Shown in pieces: positions 52,571 through 62,513 of a stretch of 64,000 nt of DNA. The notes below the pieces were generated by a model that worked only from the letters and a program-made list of their open reading frames with translations, was not told the DNA's origin and made no database searches. This DNA comes from Elusimicrobiota bacterium (GTDB lineage Bacteria; Elusimicrobiota; Elusimicrobia; UBA1565; UBA9628). How positions within the stretch are numbered: the stretch's first letter is position 1; the number at the start of each line of letters is the position of its first letter. The position numbers and the translations under genes are program-made. The stretch covers positions 66,986-130,985 of the forward strand of contig JACRDQ010000038.1 in assembly GCA_016218545.1 (NCBI GenBank), in the 5' to 3' direction.

Positions 52571-53932
52571 ATGCAGGTTCTCTGCCTCAATTGCGGAAGC
52601 TCCTCTTTGAAGTACCGCCTCTACGACTGGGACAAGAAGGAGACCAAGGCGACCGGTCTGGTGGAGCGCGTGACGGTCGGGGGCTCCTACATCGTGCATC
52701 AGGTCCCCGGCAGGGACGACCTCAAGATCGCGCAGGAGTGCCCTGACCACAAGGTGGCCATCAAGCTCATCATGGACACCCTGGTCCATAAGGAGCACGG
52801 CGTCCTCGACGACGTCAAGAACATCACGGCCGTGGGGCACCGGGTCGTGCACGGGGGAGAGAAGTTCGCCAAGTCGGTCCGGATCGATCGTGAGACCCTC
52901 GACACCTTCCGCAAGCTCTCGGACCTGGCCCCCCTCCACAATCCGCCGAACATCCTCGGCATCGAAGCCGCGCAGGCGCTGATGCCCAAGATCCCGCACA
53001 CCGCCATCATGGATACGGCCTGGCACCAGACCATGCCCAGGCAGGCCTTCATGTACGCCCTGCCCTACACCTGGTACGAGAAGTACGGGGTGCGCCGGTA
53101 CGGCTTCCACGGCACCTCGTTCCTCTTCAACGCCAAGCGCGCCGCGGTCCTCCTCAAGAAGGACCCCTTCAAGTGCAACCTCATCATCGCGCACATCGGC
53201 AACGGCGCTTCCATCAACGCGGTCAAGGACGGCGTCTCCTTCGACACCAGCATGGGCCTGACCCCGCTCGAGGGCCTGGTCATGGGGACCAGGGCCGGGG
53301 ACCACGACGCGGCCATCGACTTCTACATCATGGGCAAGGAGAATCTCGGCCCCCGCGAGCTCGACAGCATGCTCAACAAGAAGTCGGGCGTGCTGGGCAT
53401 CACCGGCAAACTCACGGACCGCCGGGACGTCGAGGAGGCCGCGGCCAAGGGCGACGAGCGGGCCAAGCTCGCCATCGAGGTGGAGTCCTACCGCGTCCGC
53501 AAGTACGTGGGCGCCTACGCCGCGGCCATCGGCGGCGTCGACGCCGTGGTCTTCACGGCCGGGGTCGGCGAGATGGGCGACGTCCTGCGCGGCCGCGCCA
53601 TGGAGGGCCTCGAGTACATGGGGGTCAAGCTCGACCCGGAGAGGAACAAGGCCGCCAAGACCCGCAACGCCGAGTGCGAGATCTCGGCCAGGGACTCGAA
53701 GGTGAAGGTCTTCGTCATCCCCACCGACGAGGAGCGCGTCTTCATCGAGGACACCGTGGCCCTCTGCGAGGACAGGTACGACATCCACACCAAGTTCACC
53801 TACAGGTTCCAGAACCCGGCCTACCGCAACACCCTGCGCGACCTCGCGTTCGCCAAGGAGCTGGTCAAGAAGCCCTGGCTCCTGGAGACGGCCTGCCTGC
53901 CCCCGCCCGAGACGGCGAAGGTCAAGGTCTAG
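52571..53932 (+). CDS. ackA: Acetate kinase with a C-terminal extension of about 50 aa
   Basis: The N-terminus is MQVLCLNCGSSSLKYRLYD. Acetokinase motifs are spread throughout (RVVHGGEKF, GFHGTSF, IIAHIGNGAS). The AGGtctAGtcATG RBS. No pta is adjacent. Confidence 0.8.
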   Translation: MQVLCLNCGSSSLKYRLYDWDKKETKATGLVERVTVGGSYIVHQVPGRDDLKIAQECPDHKVAIKLIMDTLVHKEHGVLDDVKNITAVGHRVVHGGEKFAKSVRIDRETLDTFRKLSDLAPLHNPPNILGIEAAQALMPKIPHTAIMDTAWHQTMPRQAFMYALPYTWYEKYGVRRYGFHGTSFLFNAKRAAVLLKKDPFKCNLIIAHIGNGASINAVKDGVSFDTSMGLTPLEGLVMGTRAGDHDAAIDFYIMGKENLGPRELDSMLNKKSGVLGITGKLTDRRDVEEAAAKGDERAKLAIEVESYRVRKYVGAYAAAIGGVDAVVFTAGVGEMGDVLRGRAMEGLEYMGVKLDPERNKAAKTRNAECEISARDSKVKVFVIPTDEERVFIEDTVALCEDRYDIHTKFTYRFQNPAYRNTLRDLAFAKELVKKPWLLETACLPPPETAKVKV

Positions 53933-54001
53933 CCTCCTGCTCGTGTCCTAGAGCTCTTCGCAAGAGCTTGCAGGAATCATCGCCAGGCTGAGCCGGGCCG
54001 G

Positions 54002-54991
54002 TCAGTCGCTGGAAGGCCTGCCGCCGCGGGACGCCGTCGGCCGCAGCTTCCTGTTCAGCAGTTCGGGGAGAATATGGTCGGCGATCGTCTGCGCAAAAAG
54101 CCGCCGGCCAGCCGCGTTTGGATGTCCATCTCCTGGGATCTGATAGGCGCTCCGACGATAAGCTTTGAGGGACAGGCCGCTGCCCATCATCCCCCATTTC
54201 AAGCCCTCCGGCAGGACGTCCTTGATGTCGTGGCGCGGGGCCCAAGGAGGGAAAGTCTCCTCATAGAAGTTGAAAAACCATATGCTCGTGCCGTTCTTTC
54301 GCTGATCGGCGAGCAACTGTCGCGCCCCCGCCCTCAATCCCGCGTCACCCTCGGGCGAGAACCTGAAGAAGGAGAGCAGCTTGAACACTTCGACCTGATA
54401 ATAGTTGATGAGCCAGCGGCCCAGGGGGTGGGCGAGCATCGACGTCAGGAACGGAGACGCCTTGATCTGGAGGACTCGGTAGTTCATGTCCCACGGCAGC
54501 GTCCGCGGTTGTCCGAAGATGACGACATCCGGGCCGTATCGGCGGCCGTATCTCGCATAGGTCTTGAAGTTCGAAAGGGTGTAGTTGCCGGGCAAGCCGA
54601 AATTGAAGACCTCGACTTTCCCGCCGGGCAGTCTTTCCTGAAGTATCCTCTCGAGGTTCTCGGCCAGGGAGTCTCCCGCCGGGGCGCCGATCCCGAAGAC
54701 GTTGGAATCGCCGAACAGCTGCACCCGGACCACGGAGGGATGGGAGCGCTCGACGGGGTGCTCCCTCCCGCGAAAACCCAAAGAGTTCATGACGATCTCA
54801 AGCGGTCGTTCATCGTCAAGGTTGGTTTTTTGCAGATACCTATAATGTCTGCGAAAGCGGCAGACCTCCTGGTCGGAGCAGTCGAAAGAGTCGAATCTCT
54901 CCGCCACGTGCCATTGCCACCTTTTGACCGGCGCGAGGAGCCAGATGACGAGGATGCCGATGGAGATGAACACGATCCGTCGGAGGACCAT
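54002..54991 (-). CDS. SGNH/GDSL-family hydrolase, membrane-anchored
   Basis: An N-terminal TM helix is present. Block I is FGDSNVFG and block V is GDGHPN. Confidence 0.55.
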   Translation of the reverse strand: MVLRRIVFISIGILVIWLLAPVKRWQWHVAERFDSFDCSDQEVCRFRRHYRYLQKTNLDDERPLEIVMNSLGFRGREHPVERSHPSVVRVQLFGDSNVFGIGAPAGDSLAENLERILQERLPGGKVEVFNFGLPGNYTLSNFKTYARYGRRYGPDVVIFGQPRTLPWDMNYRVLQIKASPFLTSMLAHPLGRWLINYYQVEVFKLLSFFRFSPEGDAGLRAGARQLLADQRKNGTSIWFFNFYEETFPPWAPRHDIKDVLPEGLKWGMMGSGLSLKAYRRSAYQIPGDGHPNAAGRRLFAQTIADHILPELLNRKLRPTASRGGRPSSD

Positions 54992-55099
54992 GCCCTATGA
55001 TACCATGAGTCCGCGACGCCCTGCACGACTGACCGCCTCGGGCCCGACATGCGTCGCAGCCGAGTATGACGCACCCTCCGTATTGTTATAATCCGGTCC

Positions 55100-56143
55100 A
55101 TGAAGGCAAGAATCGCTCTCGTCGTGCTCTCCTGCGTCCTGAGCCTCGCGACCGGCTGGGTCCTCAGCCGGGGCGGGACCGCGGAAAGCAAGAGCCCGGG
55201 CCGCAAGGTCCTCATCGGCTTCTCCATGGACACGCTCAAGGAGGAGCGCTGGCAGCACGACCGCGATTACCTGGTCGCCAAGGCCAGGGAGCTCGGGGCC
55301 GACGTCCTGGTGCAGGCCGCCAACTCCGACGACACCCGGCAGATCGCGGACGTCCAGGCCCTGCTCTCGCGCAAGGTCGACGTGCTCATCATCGCCCCGC
55401 ACAACGGCGCGGCCATGGCCAAGGCCGTGGACATGGCCCACGAGGCCGGGGTCCCCGTGATCTCCTACGACCGGCTCATCACGGGGAGCGACCCGGACCT
55501 CTACATCTCCCACGACGCCGTCAAGGTCGGGGCGGAGCAGGCGCGCTTCATCACCGCCAAGGTCAAGCCCGGCCGCCCCATGCGGATCATCCGCATCTTC
55601 GGCGCCAAGACGGACAACAACGCTCACCTCCTCAAGCGCGGGCAGGACGAGGTCCTCGCGCCCTGCCTGGAGAAGGGGAGCGTGAGGATCGTGCACGAGG
55701 ACTGGGCCGAGAACTGGAAGCCCGAGAACGCCAAGAAGATCGTCAACGCGGCCATCACGCGCTTCGGCGGCGGCTTCGACGCCGTGATCGCGGCCAACGA
55801 CGGCACGGCCGGGGGCGCCATCCAAGCCCTGACCGAGGAGGGCCTGGCCGGCAAGGTCATCGTGACCGGCCAGGATGCCGAGCTCTCCGCCTGCCAGCGG
55901 GTGGCGCGGGGCGCACAGGCCATGACCATCTACAAGTCCATCTCGGCCCTGGCCGGCCGCACCGCCCAGACCGCGGTGGCCATGGCGACGGGCAGGCCCG
56001 TCATCGCGGGCGCAAGCGTAGACAACGGCAAGATCCAGGTGCCCGCCGTCCTGCTCGACGTGGTCACGGTCACCAAGGACAACATCGAGGAGACCGTGGT
56101 CAAGGACGGCTTCCACAAGCGCGAAGAGGTCTTCGGCCGCTGA
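55100..56143 (+). CDS. xylF: Sugar (D-xylose-type) ABC transporter substrate-binding protein
   Basis: Signal peptide is present. It has a periplasmic-binding-protein type I fold with XylF-like segments (VDVLIIAPHNGAA, VISYDRLI, DAVIAANDGTAGGAIQAL). Confidence 0.75.
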   Translation: MKARIALVVLSCVLSLATGWVLSRGGTAESKSPGRKVLIGFSMDTLKEERWQHDRDYLVAKARELGADVLVQAANSDDTRQIADVQALLSRKVDVLIIAPHNGAAMAKAVDMAHEAGVPVISYDRLITGSDPDLYISHDAVKVGAEQARFITAKVKPGRPMRIIRIFGAKTDNNAHLLKRGQDEVLAPCLEKGSVRIVHEDWAENWKPENAKKIVNAAITRFGGGFDAVIAANDGTAGGAIQALTEEGLAGKVIVTGQDAELSACQRVARGAQAMTIYKSISALAGRTAQTAVAMATGRPVIAGASVDNGKIQVPAVLLDVVTVTKDNIEETVVKDGFHKREEVFGR

Positions 56144-57678
56144 TGGCGCCCCCGAGGCTCTCGGCACGGTCCATCACCAAGAGGTTCCCCGGGGTCACGG
56201 CTCTGAGGGAGGTGAGCTTCGATCTCAAGGCCGGCGAGATCCACGCCCTCTGCGGCGAGAACGGGGCGGGCAAGTCCACGCTCATCAAGGTCCTCTCCGG
56301 CATCCACCCGGCGGGGTCCTACGAGGGAGAGCTCGGCATCGACGGCGCCCCGGCCGCCTTCGAGTCCGTGGCCGACGCCGAGGCGGCCGGCATCGCGGTC
56401 ATCTACCAGGAGCTGGCCCTGGTCCCGGAGATGACCGTGGCCGAGAACATCTTCCTGGGGGCCGAGCCGGTCTCGGGCCTGCTCATCGACTGGGACCGGG
56501 TCTACCGCGACTCCAAGGCCCTGCTTGAGCGCTTCGGGCTCGAGCTGGACTGCTCGGCGCCGACCAAGTCCCTGGGCATGGGGCGCCGCCAGCTCATCGA
56601 GATCCTCAAGGCCCTGCGCAAGGAGACCCGCATCCTCATCCTCGACGAGCCCACGGCGGCGTTGAGCGAGGCCGAGGTGGCCTCGCTCCTGGACATCCTG
56701 CGCGACCTGAGGAGCCGCGGCATCTCCTGCGTCTACATCTCCCACCGCCTCGACGAGGTCTTCGCCCTGGCGGACCGGGTCACGGTCCTGCGGGACGGCT
56801 CGAGCGTGACCACCCTCGACGTCGCGGCCGCGGACAAGGCCTCGGTCATCCGGCACATGGTGGGCCGCGAGATCACGGACCTCTACCCCAGGCGCGCCCC
56901 GGCCCCGGGCGAGACCCTGCTCCGGGTCGAGGACTTGAGCGTCTCGGGCCCGGAGGGGGAGGGCGCGCTGGAGGGTGTGAGCTTCTCGGCTGCCGCGGGC
57001 GAGGTCCTCGGCATCGGCGGGCTCATGGGCTCGGGCCGCAGCGAGCTCCTCATGCACATCTTCGGCGCCTGGGGCCGCCGCACGGCCGGGACGGTGGAGC
57101 TCTCGGGCCGGCCCCTCGCGGCCGGGCCGCGGGCCTGCCTCGACCGGGGCCTGGCCCTGGTGACCGAGGACCGCAAGCGCTGCGGCCTCTTCCTGGACCA
57201 GGAGGTGGGCTTCAACCTCTCGCTCTCGGCCGTGGGCGGCTTGACCCGCCACGGCCTCATCGACGAGCAGGCCGAGCACCGGGCCAACGAGAGCGCGGCC
57301 GCCTCCCTGCGGGTGAAGGCCCCCAGCCTTGAGACCAGGGTGGGGACCCTCTCGGGCGGCAACCAGCAGAAGGTCGTCATCGGCAAGGCGCTCATGACCT
57401 CCCCCAGGGTGGTATTCCTCGACGAGCCCACCCGGGGCATCGACGTGGGCGCCAAGATCGAGGTCTACGAGATCGTCAACCGGCTCACCGCCGAGGGCAA
57501 GGCCGTGGTCCTCGTCTCCAGCGAGCTCCCCGAGCTCATGGGCATGAGCGACCGCATCGTGATGCTGCACGAGGGCAGAGTGGGCGGCGTCTTCAAGAGG
57601 GGCGAGGCGGACCAGGAGCGTCTCCTGGCCGCGGCCATGGGACACGCGGGCTCGCCCGCGCAGGGGGGGAAGGGATGA
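56143..57678 (+). CDS. xylG: Sugar ABC transporter ATP-binding protein (duplicated ABC domains)
   Basis: The ATG overlaps the xylF stop. Walker A is GENGAGKST. The ABC signature LSGGNQQKV and a second NBD are present. Confidence 0.8.
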   Translation: MAPPRLSARSITKRFPGVTALREVSFDLKAGEIHALCGENGAGKSTLIKVLSGIHPAGSYEGELGIDGAPAAFESVADAEAAGIAVIYQELALVPEMTVAENIFLGAEPVSGLLIDWDRVYRDSKALLERFGLELDCSAPTKSLGMGRRQLIEILKALRKETRILILDEPTAALSEAEVASLLDILRDLRSRGISCVYISHRLDEVFALADRVTVLRDGSSVTTLDVAAADKASVIRHMVGREITDLYPRRAPAPGETLLRVEDLSVSGPEGEGALEGVSFSAAAGEVLGIGGLMGSGRSELLMHIFGAWGRRTAGTVELSGRPLAAGPRACLDRGLALVTEDRKRCGLFLDQEVGFNLSLSAVGGLTRHGLIDEQAEHRANESAAASLRVKAPSLETRVGTLSGGNQQKVVIGKALMTSPRVVFLDEPTRGIDVGAKIEVYEIVNRLTAEGKAVVLVSSELPELMGMSDRIVMLHEGRVGGVFKRGEADQERLLAAAMGHAGSPAQGGKG

Positions 57679-58802
57679 ACGGAAAGGTCGAATTGAGGGA
57701 TTTCTCCCTGCTCATCGCCCTGGTCCTCATCGGCGGCTTCTTCGCGCTCATGTCGCCGCAGTTCCTGAGCGCCAGGAACATGGCCATGCTGACCATCGAG
57801 CTCTCCATCACCGCGGTCCTGGCCCTGGGGATGCTCCTCGTCATCCTTCCCGGGCACATCGACCTCTCGGTCGGCAGCGGGGTGGGCCTGGTCGGCGGCA
57901 TCGCGAGCGTCCTGGTCTTCCAGGCGCAGTGGCCGGCCGCCCCGGCCATGGGCCTGGCCCTGGCCGTGGGCGCCCTGCTCTGGCTCCTCATGGGCTTCGT
58001 CATCGTGCGGGAGAAGATGCCCGCCTTCATCATCACCCTGGGCGGCCTCCTCGTGTTCAAGGGCGCCTTCTGGCTGGTCATCAGGAACGCCACGGTGCCG
58101 GTGGCCCCGGGCGGCGAGACCAACCTCTACGCGGCGCTGACCACCTACTACCTGCCGCCCTGGGCCGGGGGCCTGCTCATGCTGGCTTGCTTCGCCGGCC
58201 TGGCAGGGGCCAAGGTGCGCTCGAACCTGCGGCGCAAGGCCTTCGGCTTCGAGGCCGAGGACTGGGAGATGGCCTTCCTCAAGCTCTTCGTCACTGGCCA
58301 GCTCATGCTCCTCTTCACCGTGGTGATGAACCAGTTCCGCGGCATCCCGCTCACCGCCGTCATCCTGGGGGCCGTGGCCCTGGCCGTGACCGTGGTGACC
58401 GAGCACACGCCCTTCGGCCGCTACCTCTACGCCATCGGCGGCAACGAGGAGGCGGCCGTCATCTCGGGCGTGCCCGTCAACCGCGTCATCATCGCGGCCT
58501 ACGGCATCCTGGGCGCCATCGTGGCCCTGACCGGCTTCATGCAGACCGCCTACTCCGGAGCCTCGACCACGACGGTGGGCGACCTTATGGAGCTCGACGC
58601 CATCGCGGCCTGCGTCATCGGCGGCACCAGCCTCAAGGGAGGCAGGGGCTCGACTTCGGGCGTGCTCTTCGGGGCGCTCATCATGGCCGTGCTCTTGAAC
58701 GGGATGACCCTCCTGGCCGTCTCGCCGGAGTTCAAGTTCATCGCCCGCGGCGCGGTCCTGGCCCTGGCGGTGTGGATGGACGTGCGCCTCTCCCGGGACT
58801 GA
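57675..58802 (+). CDS. xylH: Sugar ABC transporter permease
   Basis: The start overlaps the xylG stop. It is 10-TM hydrophobic, with branched-chain/monosaccharide permease-like loops (IGGTSLKGGRGS). Confidence 0.75.
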   Translation: MNGKVELRDFSLLIALVLIGGFFALMSPQFLSARNMAMLTIELSITAVLALGMLLVILPGHIDLSVGSGVGLVGGIASVLVFQAQWPAAPAMGLALAVGALLWLLMGFVIVREKMPAFIITLGGLLVFKGAFWLVIRNATVPVAPGGETNLYAALTTYYLPPWAGGLLMLACFAGLAGAKVRSNLRRKAFGFEAEDWEMAFLKLFVTGQLMLLFTVVMNQFRGIPLTAVILGAVALAVTVVTEHTPFGRYLYAIGGNEEAAVISGVPVNRVIIAAYGILGAIVALTGFMQTAYSGASTTTVGDLMELDAIAACVIGGTSLKGGRGSTSGVLFGALIMAVLLNGMTLLAVSPEFKFIARGAVLALAVWMDVRLSRD

Positions 58803-58902
58803 AAGTCCGGCCGAGCCGCCGCGCTTCTCCAGTCTGAACTAGAGAGGGTATGCCAGCCAGGCATGGAAGCCTGACCGCTGTCTTGACGGCGGATCGAATC
58901 CG

Positions 58903-61074
58903 TCAGCGGTCGACCCGCGCCGGGAGAGGCCCGGCTTCAAGGCGATAGACCTGGACCCAGGAACGGTCATTCGGCAGGTCGTGCGCGTGGTTGAAGATCA
59001 ACTCCGCCTTGCGCTTGAGCAAGTCCTCATACGTTCGCCTGGGCTCCGGGCCCAGACCCTCCAGCCATCGCTGGTAATGCTCCGAGCCCGCGTTGACCAA
59101 CAGATGCGTGATGCCTGTCCGGCTGAGACCGGCCAGAAGCTCGTCCGCGTCCGCGGAAGAGGCGGCCAGGTCCGCCGCCGGATTGACGTCGAACATCGAG
59201 GCGGTGACGAACTTCCGCTCGCAATAGAATCCGCGTTCCTCTCCGATGAACAGGACGGTCGCGTCCCGAGGGAGGTTCTCATTGACGAAGCGCGCTCCCG
59301 CGTAGTACGGCGCCTTGTATGACGGGTGCTCATGGAGCAAGTAGTCGGTTTTGGCGGCGCGGCTGAAAGTGACCTTCCATGTGCCGGGCTGCGCCAGCAT
59401 CAAGAAGGCCCTGGTCATCGAGATCGTGATGGCGCAGTAGAAGACCCCGGCGGTCAGGAGCCGAAGGGGACGCGGCAGGTCGATGAGCCAGATCGCGCTG
59501 GCCACGAGGATGCAATAGATCGGAACGGCCGGAAGGACGAATCTGGACAGGGTGCTGTGGAGCGCCCAGGCCAGCCAGATGCCGGCCAGGAGCATCAGCA
59601 GGGCACGGTGCCGCGTCGACCTCCACCGGGCCAGGAGGAGCCACGGCAATCCGATCTCCAGCACCGGGCCGACATAGCCGTCCATGGCGTGCGCGGCGGG
59701 ATCCCATAGGCCGGCGATCAGCTCCTTGAAGCCGGGCCACGTGGTGAAGGCGAGGACGATGTCCCGGGCATGAGCGTCCGCCTTCAACCCGGCCACGTCC
59801 GCGGAGACGCTGGCGTTGAAGAGCGCGCCGAGGAACGGGTAGGTGGGATCATGATAGAAGAACCAGTTCTTGATGAGCCACGGACTGGACGCCAATGCGG
59901 CGCTTCCAAAGAAGATTCCAAGCTCCTTGCCCAGGGCTCTCAGCTCGAATCTTTCCGTCCGCAGGCGCCTGTAGGCCAGGGGCAAGGCCAAGACCGGCAC
60001 ATAGAGGCCCGCGTTGTACTTCGCGCCGAAGGCCGATCCCGCAAGCAAGCCCGACAAGAGCAGCAGGCCCGCATCGCCGGCATGATCGTCCCGCTGCGCC
60101 ACCTCGACATTGAGAAGGCCGGCAAGGAGGAGATAGAACGTCATGGACAACTCGACCTTCGCCACCGAGCTCGCGAAACAGACCAGCGGGGCCGAATAGA
60201 ACAACAGGGCAGCCAGGAGCGCCACCCTCCGGTCCCCGAACTTCCTGCACCATGAGTAGATCGCCGCCGCGATCGAAACCCCGAACCCGTAGTGGATCAG
60301 TTTCGCTAGCGTCTCCGTGCCCAAGGCGAGTCCCAGCCCGTAGAGCATCTCGGTCCCGAAAGGGACGCCCGAGTAGACCATGTTCGGGGTCGGTACGATC
60401 CGGTGATGGAGCAGATAGAGCTTGGGCAGCGCCAGGTGGTAGACGAGACTGTCGTAGAAGTATTCCGGACCCAGAGCGAAGATGAGATTCAGTAGGACGA
60501 ATGACGCCAACAGGAAGAAGCCGGCCAAGTCCCACGCAGTGACCTCGTTGAGCCGCTCCAAGACATGAACGTCCTTGACCCGGCCGATCATGGCGCGGCC
60601 ATGCAGCATCGTCCCTATCGCGAGCGGGAGGAGGAGCAGAGCGATCATGACCGGCTTCGTCCAGAACCCTCCCAACCCAAGGAACAGAAGGGCCAGGGAA
60701 AGCAGGCCGAAACCCAGTCCCAACGCCCTCAGGTCCCTGCCCCAAGCCTCTCCCTGGTCGATCCTCGCCGAATCGAGGACCATCCGCCCCAGAGCCAGGG
60801 CGGAAGCGAAGATGACGACAGCCCAGGCCATATCATGCAGGTTCGCCGGCAGGGCCTTTGAAGGGAACGAACCCAGCAACCCATAGAAGATCTTGACGAC
60901 CTGGATGTCATCCCCGAAGCGCGTGGTGTAGAAGGAGAACAGGAAGCCCTTGGACCAAGTCAGCATCCAGCCGTACACTCCCGCGAGCACCGCGAGCGTG
61001 AGCGGCAGGGAAAACCTTCGCGCAGGAGGATCGGCGCCTGGAAGAGCAGCCCCAGCCGGGCTTGCGGCTGTCAT
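58903..61074 (-). CDS. GT-C fold polytopic membrane glycosyltransferase (ArnT/PMT-like)
   Basis: It has more than 12 TM helices and a conserved first-loop acidic motif (TRFGDD), followed by a large C-terminal soluble domain. Start chosen at Met27 (MTAASP...) because it forms an ATGA overlap with the upstream caspase-like ORF. Confidence 0.5.
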   Translation of the reverse strand: MTAASPAGAALPGADPPARRFSLPLTLAVLAGVYGWMLTWSKGFLFSFYTTRFGDDIQVVKIFYGLLGSFPSKALPANLHDMAWAVVIFASALALGRMVLDSARIDQGEAWGRDLRALGLGFGLLSLALLFLGLGGFWTKPVMIALLLLPLAIGTMLHGRAMIGRVKDVHVLERLNEVTAWDLAGFFLLASFVLLNLIFALGPEYFYDSLVYHLALPKLYLLHHRIVPTPNMVYSGVPFGTEMLYGLGLALGTETLAKLIHYGFGVSIAAAIYSWCRKFGDRRVALLAALLFYSAPLVCFASSVAKVELSMTFYLLLAGLLNVEVAQRDDHAGDAGLLLLSGLLAGSAFGAKYNAGLYVPVLALPLAYRRLRTERFELRALGKELGIFFGSAALASSPWLIKNWFFYHDPTYPFLGALFNASVSADVAGLKADAHARDIVLAFTTWPGFKELIAGLWDPAAHAMDGYVGPVLEIGLPWLLLARWRSTRHRALLMLLAGIWLAWALHSTLSRFVLPAVPIYCILVASAIWLIDLPRPLRLLTAGVFYCAITISMTRAFLMLAQPGTWKVTFSRAAKTDYLLHEHPSYKAPYYAGARFVNENLPRDATVLFIGEERGFYCERKFVTASMFDVNPAADLAASSADADELLAGLSRTGITHLLVNAGSEHYQRWLEGLGPEPRRTYEDLLKRKAELIFNHAHDLPNDRSWVQVYRLEAGPLPARVDR

Positions 61075-61791
61075 GCCGTCGCCAGGCCGGTTCTTTTCCC
61101 GCCAGCGTTTCTTGCCCATTGATGATGGAAAGGCCAGAAGATCCCTGGCCATGTCGCGGATTCGACCGCCATCTCAGCGACGCGGGCACCGAGACCATTG
61201 GAGGAGTCTCTCTCCACGATGATCTTCTTCGCGCGGCAACCATGCATTATATCACGAAGCAACGGCATCCGAGGCACAGTGCTCTCGGGAAAAGGTCTTC
61301 GGCCGGGATAACCCTGCTTCAGGCGGATCCAGACCTGGCCGGCCTTGGGGCCCAGAGCGTCCCGCGAGGGCGAGATGGCGGGCGTCTGCTCCACGTTGAG
61401 CTTGCGCGCCTCGCGCTCCATGGAGGAGAGGACGAAGTCGTATATCTCCCTGGTCGTCACCCGGCCGTCCTTGTCCGCGTCAGCCCCGCCTCGCAGGGCC
61501 TTGAGGAGGAAGTAGGTCAGCATCCCGTGCTCCGCGTCCGGGAAGTGGGTCGAGAGCTGGTCGGAGCCCGTGGCCGCGAGGACCATGGTGTTCGAGCCCG
61601 CTGCCGCGGCCCGAGAAGCAGGCGTCGAGCAAGACCGTGACGTCCTTGGTCGGGAGGCCGTCGAGGTGGGCGTAGAGCTTCTTCAAGGGGAAGGCGGTCT
61701 CGTCGGTGTAGGCCGGGTCGCCGCTGTAGGGCAGGATGAAGCCTTCGCCGGTCTCGGGGTTGGGCGCGCCGTAGCCCGCGAAGTACACCAT
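61071..61791 (-). pseudogene. Degraded caspase-like (peptidase C14) gene. It is split by a frameshift near 61580-61600. The p20 N-terminal half is missing and the catalytic His position is Tyr.
   Basis: Frame A reads MVYFAGYGAPN...KDVTVLLDACFSGRGSG. That contains the caspase Cys box DACxSG, but the segment corresponding to FYFSGHG reads YFAGYG. Frame B continues MVLAATGSDQLSTHFPDAEHGMLTYFLLKAL..., a typical caspase p10-side segment. It ends with an ATGA overlap onto the GT-C gene. There are no caspase-like residues upstream in any frame. Confidence 0.45.
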
Positions 61792-62126
61792 GACGCGGCT
61801 GTCCCTGAAGGGTTGATGTCCTCCTTCCCCGGAAGGGGCTGAAAGGCCCGGCGCACCCGGGCTTTGCCCTAGCCACCTGACCGCCCTCGGAAAACCAGCC
61901 CTCCACTTCCCTAATCCCGGCCCCCAGGGGGCTTTTCTCATGGTCAACCGCAACCCAAGAACACGCACTGCGGAGAAGGCCGGCGCCGCGCACGCCGAGA
62001 TCCTGGCCCGCCACGGCATCCCCTCGGGCCGCTCGCCGGACCTGGGCTGAGCCGGCCCGTCGCCTTCGCGGCGCGCCCGGCCCATCGCGCTTGACGGGGG
62101 TCGGCCGCGCTGGCTATACTTTCGCC

Positions 62127-62513
62127 ATGAGCCCCCCCGAGAAGGAGAAGGCCAGGGTCCTGGTCATCGACGACGACAAGAACCAGCGGAACATGCTGTC
62201 CTTCGCCCTGCGGGACCGGGGCTACCAGATCGTGGCGGTCGAGTCCGGCGAGCGGGCCCTCCAAGAGGCCGCCTCCGGGACGTTCGACCTGGCCATCTGC
62301 GACATCATGATGCCGGGCCTCGGCGGGGTCGAGACCTTGAAGCGCCTCCGGGAGCTCCAGCCGGGCCTGAAAGTCGTCATGGCCACGGGCTACGCGACCG
62401 CGGAGACGGCCCTCAAGTCCATGAGGCTGGGCGCCGTCAACTACCTGGCCAAGCCCTACGAGCTCAAGGACCTCCTCTCGGTGCTCGAGGCCGCGCTCGC
62501 GCGCGGTCCATGA
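62127..62513 (+). CDS. CheY-like receiver protein
   Basis: The signature is ARVLVIDDDKNQ...DLAICDIMMPGLGG...YLAKP. The stop overlaps the kinase start. Confidence 0.8.
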   Translation: MSPPEKEKARVLVIDDDKNQRNMLSFALRDRGYQIVAVESGERALQEAASGTFDLAICDIMMPGLGGVETLKRLRELQPGLKVVMATGYATAETALKSMRLGAVNYLAKPYELKDLLSVLEAALARGP

